64,000 bases of DNA, taken from contig JBJFGS010000010.1 in NCBI GenBank assembly GCA_051892935.1, positions 19,469 to 83,468 of the forward strand, in the 5' to 3' direction. The notes under the pieces were generated by a model. That model made no database searches and was not told the origin of the DNA. It saw only the letters and a program-made list of their open reading frames with translations. Below are positions 60,655 through 64,000 of the stretch, piece after piece. A program made the translations under genes and the position numbers. The stretch's first letter is position 1. Every line of letters starts with the position of its first letter. Source of the stretch: Candidatus Coprovivens sp. Lineage in GTDB: Bacteria; Bacillota_I; Bacilli_A; RF39; UBA660.

Positions 60655-62142
60655 TTACTCTTCCTTTAGTTTTTTTCTATATCTTATAAAGATTAATATA
60701 CTTAAAGATAATATTATAATAAATATTATTATTGATGAAGTATTTGTTTCAGGATTTGTTACAGCAAATGTTGCTAATATGGTTATATCACTATTTGGCA
60801 TAGTAAATGTATTATTGTTAGGAATTATTTCTTTGTTATTAGAATCTAATATAGTAATAGAATCTAAAGAATAGTTTTTATTTGGTAGAGGATGATACTT
60901 AACTAGTTCTTCATATCTAGCTGTTTGAGTTACTTCTATTTTTCCCATTCCTTCTACTTTGGTTGTTATATTTAATGGTAAATAATATACTATATTATTA
61001 TTTTTGAAGCAGTTATATGAAGTGGATTTTTCTTCTGTATAGCATTTATTATTTGAAGATATGTTTGTTCCTATAGTCATAAAACTAGCAGGAGCATCTA
61101 TTAAATTAATATAATATTCTTCTTCAGATATTTCTTGTAGTATATTCCCTTCTTTATCTAGAATTACTATTGAAACTATAAAATCGTAATTGTCAGTATC
61201 TATTTTTACTGCTATTGTTACTATGTAATCGTTTATTATATAAGGAGTAGTAAATGTACTGTATTCTTCGTATATCTTATCGAATACTAGTTGTTCATTA
61301 TTATATAATTTTATAACTCCTTTATAGTTTGGTTCACAAGATGCATATTGTTTTATATATGCATCGGAGAAAATTGGATATCTTGAGAAGAGAGAATCTT
61401 CTATTAATCCACCTACTTCTTGAGATACAGGTCCAATATTACATCCTTGATTTTCCATTCCTGTTATTACTTCGTAATTATTTTTTTTATCATAACCAAT
61501 AAAATATCTTATATCTGTATTTTCTTCTTCTAATCTAAATAAGTGATTTAAATAAGTATTAATGTTATTGTCTGTTACTTCAATGTTATTAGTTGTTCCT
61601 GATTCTAGGTTTATTTCTTTAATATAATCACTAGTTAAGAAATATAATTTATTATCTAATACTTTTAAATATTCTATACCCAGTATTTTGAATTCTTCCA
61701 TTACGTATTCTAATTCTTCATCTGAAGTTATATTAATTGTTATTTCTTTTTTTATATTTAGTGTTTCATCCATTAGTAGTATTTTATAAGTATTAGATGA
61801 AGAATTATAAGTAATTGATAAAGCTATTATATATTGATCATTTTTGGTTAAAGATACAATCATTTTATTAGTTAATATTTTGGTATTCTCTAGTTCTCCT
61901 TGGATATTATATCTATTAATATATGTTTTTGGTATTCCATTAGTATCTTGATCTTCTAAGTTAATAGTTGTTGTTATATATCCTCTTTTAAAATATATGT
62001 TGTTATTATAATACATTGTATATTCTGCATTTAAATACTCGCTATTTGTTTTCCAATCATATTTAAATATACTAGTTGCAAATACTTGAATAGTACAGGT
62101 AAAGAATAAGATAATAGTTGTTATTATTAGTCTTTTTTTCAT
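60655..62142 (-). CDS. Secreted, sortase-anchored protein (beta-rich N-terminus, InlB-B/Flg_new-like repeat, NPETN motif)
   Basis: Signal VFA-T; GMGKIEV...FTMPNSDITILATF; TNPETN + TM + RYRKKLKEE. Confidence 0.8.
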   Translation of the reverse strand: MKKRLIITTIILFFTCTIQVFATSIFKYDWKTNSEYLNAEYTMYYNNNIYFKRGYITTTINLEDQDTNGIPKTYINRYNIQGELENTKILTNKMIVSLTKNDQYIIALSITYNSSSNTYKILLMDETLNIKKEITINITSDEELEYVMEEFKILGIEYLKVLDNKLYFLTSDYIKEINLESGTTNNIEVTDNNINTYLNHLFRLEEENTDIRYFIGYDKKNNYEVITGMENQGCNIGPVSQEVGGLIEDSLFSRYPIFSDAYIKQYASCEPNYKGVIKLYNNEQLVFDKIYEEYSTFTTPYIINDYIVTIAVKIDTDNYDFIVSIVILDKEGNILQEISEEEYYINLIDAPASFMTIGTNISSNNKCYTEEKSTSYNCFKNNNIVYYLPLNITTKVEGMGKIEVTQTARYEELVKYHPLPNKNYSLDSITILDSNNKEIIPNNNTFTMPNSDITILATFAVTNPETNTSSIIIFIIILSLSILIFIRYRKKLKEE

Positions 62143-62222
62143 TAATAATGCTCCTTTTTATTTGGATTCATTATTAGTATGGATAGCGATTTATAAAATA
62201 TACTAAAAAAATAAGGTTTCCC

Positions 62223-62828
62223 TTATTTTGTGTTTTCTAGTTTAGTCTTCCATGATGATTTTATAGTATTATCACAATACATAGAGATACTTGCATCACT
62301 TACGCATTCAAATAAAGCTTGTGTTCCTTGTTTAGATTTTGAATAATTAGCTATATTACTTTTTCTTATACCAATTGATTCACCTTCAGTGTATGAATCA
62401 ATATTAGCTCCTATATACAGAAATTCCCAAGTTGGATGATTACTTATTAGTTCTTTTATTTTAGTTTTATTATATTCTTTTGAGGCATTTTCAAGACCAT
62501 CTGTTGTTATAATAAATAATACTTTGTTGTCTTTAACTTTTTTATCTAAATTGTTTATTGTAATACCTATAGCATCAAGAAGAGCAGTACATCCTCTTAC
62601 GTAGTATTCTTTTTCTGTTATTTTGTTTATTTCTGATATATTTACTCTATCATGTAATAATTCGTATTGATTATCAAATAAAACTGTTGTTACTTTAGTA
62701 TTCATTTTATTGTTTTTTTGTTTTTCTATATAACTATTATATCCACCTATTGTATCTTGTTCTAGACCACTCATGGAACCACTTCTATCTAGTAGAAATA
62801 CTATATCCATTTCTTTTTTCTTTTTCAT
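62223..62828 (-). CDS. VWA (von Willebrand factor A) domain protein
   Basis: MIDAS DRSGSM, RGCTALLDAIG, IITTDGLENAS, WEFLYIGAN. Confidence 0.93.
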   Translation of the reverse strand: MKKKKEMDIVFLLDRSGSMSGLEQDTIGGYNSYIEKQKNNKMNTKVTTVLFDNQYELLHDRVNISEINKITEKEYYVRGCTALLDAIGITINNLDKKVKDNKVLFIITTDGLENASKEYNKTKIKELISNHPTWEFLYIGANIDSYTEGESIGIRKSNIANYSKSKQGTQALFECVSDASISMYCDNTIKSSWKTKLENTK

Positions 62829-62829
62829 A

Positions 62830-63246
62830 TTAATCTTCTCCTTTTATTGTATCTAGTAATTCTTTTGTAATATCATATAAACCTTTTTCATTGTTGAAAC
62901 CTATGTTATTAGGAATATTGAATTCGTGATTATTATAATGACCTTTAACATTCCATCCTGCATCAAATATACTGTTTGAAGTGAATTCTTTATCTATTAT
63001 GTTTTTTTCAATAAATTCAATTATCTTGTTGTATTCTTTTTCAGTAATTTTTCGACCTTTTGATAAGGATTCTAAAGGAATATTATGTTCTTTTAAAAAT
63101 GGGGTTTCTCGATAATAAATAGTATAATGATATATTTTTTTATCTTGAGATATTATTGTTCCTGATTTTCCTGGATTATGTAAGCCCCACCAATTAGAGA
63201 TTTCTAATATACTTGTTTCTTTTAATTTTTCTATTTTTTCTTGCAT
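62830..63246 (-). CDS. Hypothetical protein (138 aa) co-transcribed with VWA
   Basis: SD GAAGGGAAG + ATG 63246 (MQEKIEKL); ends 1 nt before the VWA start; SNWWG, IFDAG. Confidence 0.7.
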   Translation of the reverse strand: MQEKIEKLKETSILEISNWWGLHNPGKSGTIISQDKKIYHYTIYYRETPFLKEHNIPLESLSKGRKITEKEYNKIIEFIEKNIIDKEFTSNSIFDAGWNVKGHYNNHEFNIPNNIGFNNEKGLYDITKELLDTIKGED

Positions 63247-63295
63247 ATTCTTCCCTTCTTTCTGGTATAATGGTACTACATTAAGTGATTTATTT

Positions 63296-63314
63296 GGTCG
63301 CATTGAAGGAGACA
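63296..63314. promoter_or_regulatory. Imperfect palindromic operator candidate in the divergent intergenic region
   Basis: gGTCgC-attgaag-GaGACa overlapping the SD of the HTH gene. Confidence 0.45.
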
Positions 63315-63319
63315 TTTTT

Positions 63320-63922
63320 ATGGTAGAAAAGTTAAAGAAATATATTGATGAAAATTTAAGCAAAGAAGTCATTGTAAAATTCAATAGATTCAGATATGGA
63401 CAAGAGAATGCATCATGTACAATATTTATTGATGAAGATAAAGATGTAGAAAGAATAGACAGAACTTATCTAGATGATGAATTTGATAAAGAGGAAATTT
63501 CAGAAAACGTTGATTTTTTAGCTTCTCCTATAAAAAAATGTAAGGCAAGGAGTATCGATGATTTTATCAATAATAGTCAGACTGATAATAAGTTCCAAAA
63601 ATTATTATTTAAATATATTGATGATAGAAATTTGAAAGATAGTGATGTATATAATAAAGTTCATATTGATAGAAGGTTGTTTTCTAAAATAAGAAGTGAT
63701 ATTAATTATCATCCTAGTAAAGAGACTGTTATATTATTGTGTTTAGCTTTGAAATTAAACGAGAATGAAATGGAAGAATTACTAAATAGTGCTTCTTACT
63801 CTTTACCGAAGAATAATGTTTATGACTTAATAATAAGATTTTGTTTCGTTGAAGGTATATATGAATTGAGTGAAGTTAATAATCTACTTGATAGTTATGA
63901 TTGTAAGATGTTTTCATATTAA
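63320..63922 (+). CDS. XRE-like HTH protein of the type found C-terminal to macro (Appr-1-p) domains
   Basis: FQKLLFKYID..LKDSDVYNKVHIDRRLFSKIR...YHPSKETVILLCLALKL...LLNSASYSL..DLIIRF. Confidence 0.8.
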   Translation: MVEKLKKYIDENLSKEVIVKFNRFRYGQENASCTIFIDEDKDVERIDRTYLDDEFDKEEISENVDFLASPIKKCKARSIDDFINNSQTDNKFQKLLFKYIDDRNLKDSDVYNKVHIDRRLFSKIRSDINYHPSKETVILLCLALKLNENEMEELLNSASYSLPKNNVYDLIIRFCFVEGIYELSEVNNLLDSYDCKMFSY

Positions 63923-63952
63923 AAGAATAAAGCTATAAGGCTTTATTCTTTT
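63921..63952. terminator. Rho-independent terminator
   Basis: AAAAGAATAAAGC-tataag-GCTTTATTCTTTT. Confidence 0.85.
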
Positions 63953-63953
63953 T

Positions 63954-64000
63954 CAGAGTGTAGACAAACCCCTAGATTTTTCTAGAGGTTTTCTTATGAA
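63954..64000 (-). mobile_element. Possible end of an IS1182-like element (runs off the window)
   Basis: CAGAGTGTAGACAAA abuts the terminator; minus-strand frame ...IRKPLEKSRGLSTL* ends at the repeat. Confidence 0.35.

Noticed and set aside
611-60874. Numerous short antisense ORFs in the track (e.g. 611-793, 1544-1786, 4653-4919, 17087-17416, 30099-30479, 60079-60453)
   Set aside because: They lie opposite well-supported genes, are Ser/Phe/Ile-biased and lack SD sequences.
62830-63384. 184-aa version of the gene upstream of VWA overlapping the divergent HTH gene
   Set aside because: The SD-supported start is 63246; the extension is a spurious head-to-head overlap.

Overview
Very AT-rich chromosomal window from a low-GC Bacilli-like gut bacterium. 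The reduced nusA-infB operon, N-terminal-only RimP, phosphoketolase, cotJ/dac sporulation genes and many large orphan proteins suggest an RF39-like lineage (inference). Housekeeping backbone: proS with a Pro T-box, pnp-rpsO-truB, rbfA-infB-ylxR-nusA-rimP, trmL, ynbB-like PLP enzyme, SDR, UvrD-like helicase, xfp, sirtuin and a DAG kinase. Between these lie many surface proteins (MucBP adhesin, G5, CAP/Ig-like, class B sortase and its likely NPxT substrates) and orphan cytoplasmic proteins. Best candidates for undescribed biology: (1) an enlarged HigB/RelE-like nuclease coupled to a 588-aa helical-repeat partner instead of an HTH antitoxin (32086-34873); (2) a class B sortase with a ~265-aa cytoplasmic LRR-like domain, co-transcribed with a 1392-aa orphan and divergent from a Cys-rich anchored protein; (3) a complete UvrD-like gene that can only start at AUA; (4) a 2.7-kb regulator/secreted protein/lipoprotein cassette bounded by a 28-bp duplicated terminator and carrying two slippage-prone A tracts; (5) a candidate ~70-nt sRNA; (6) a divergent VWA/HTH module with a palindromic operator. 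No rRNA, tRNA or CRISPR array was seen. All family assignments come from motif recognition by eye; no database search was run.
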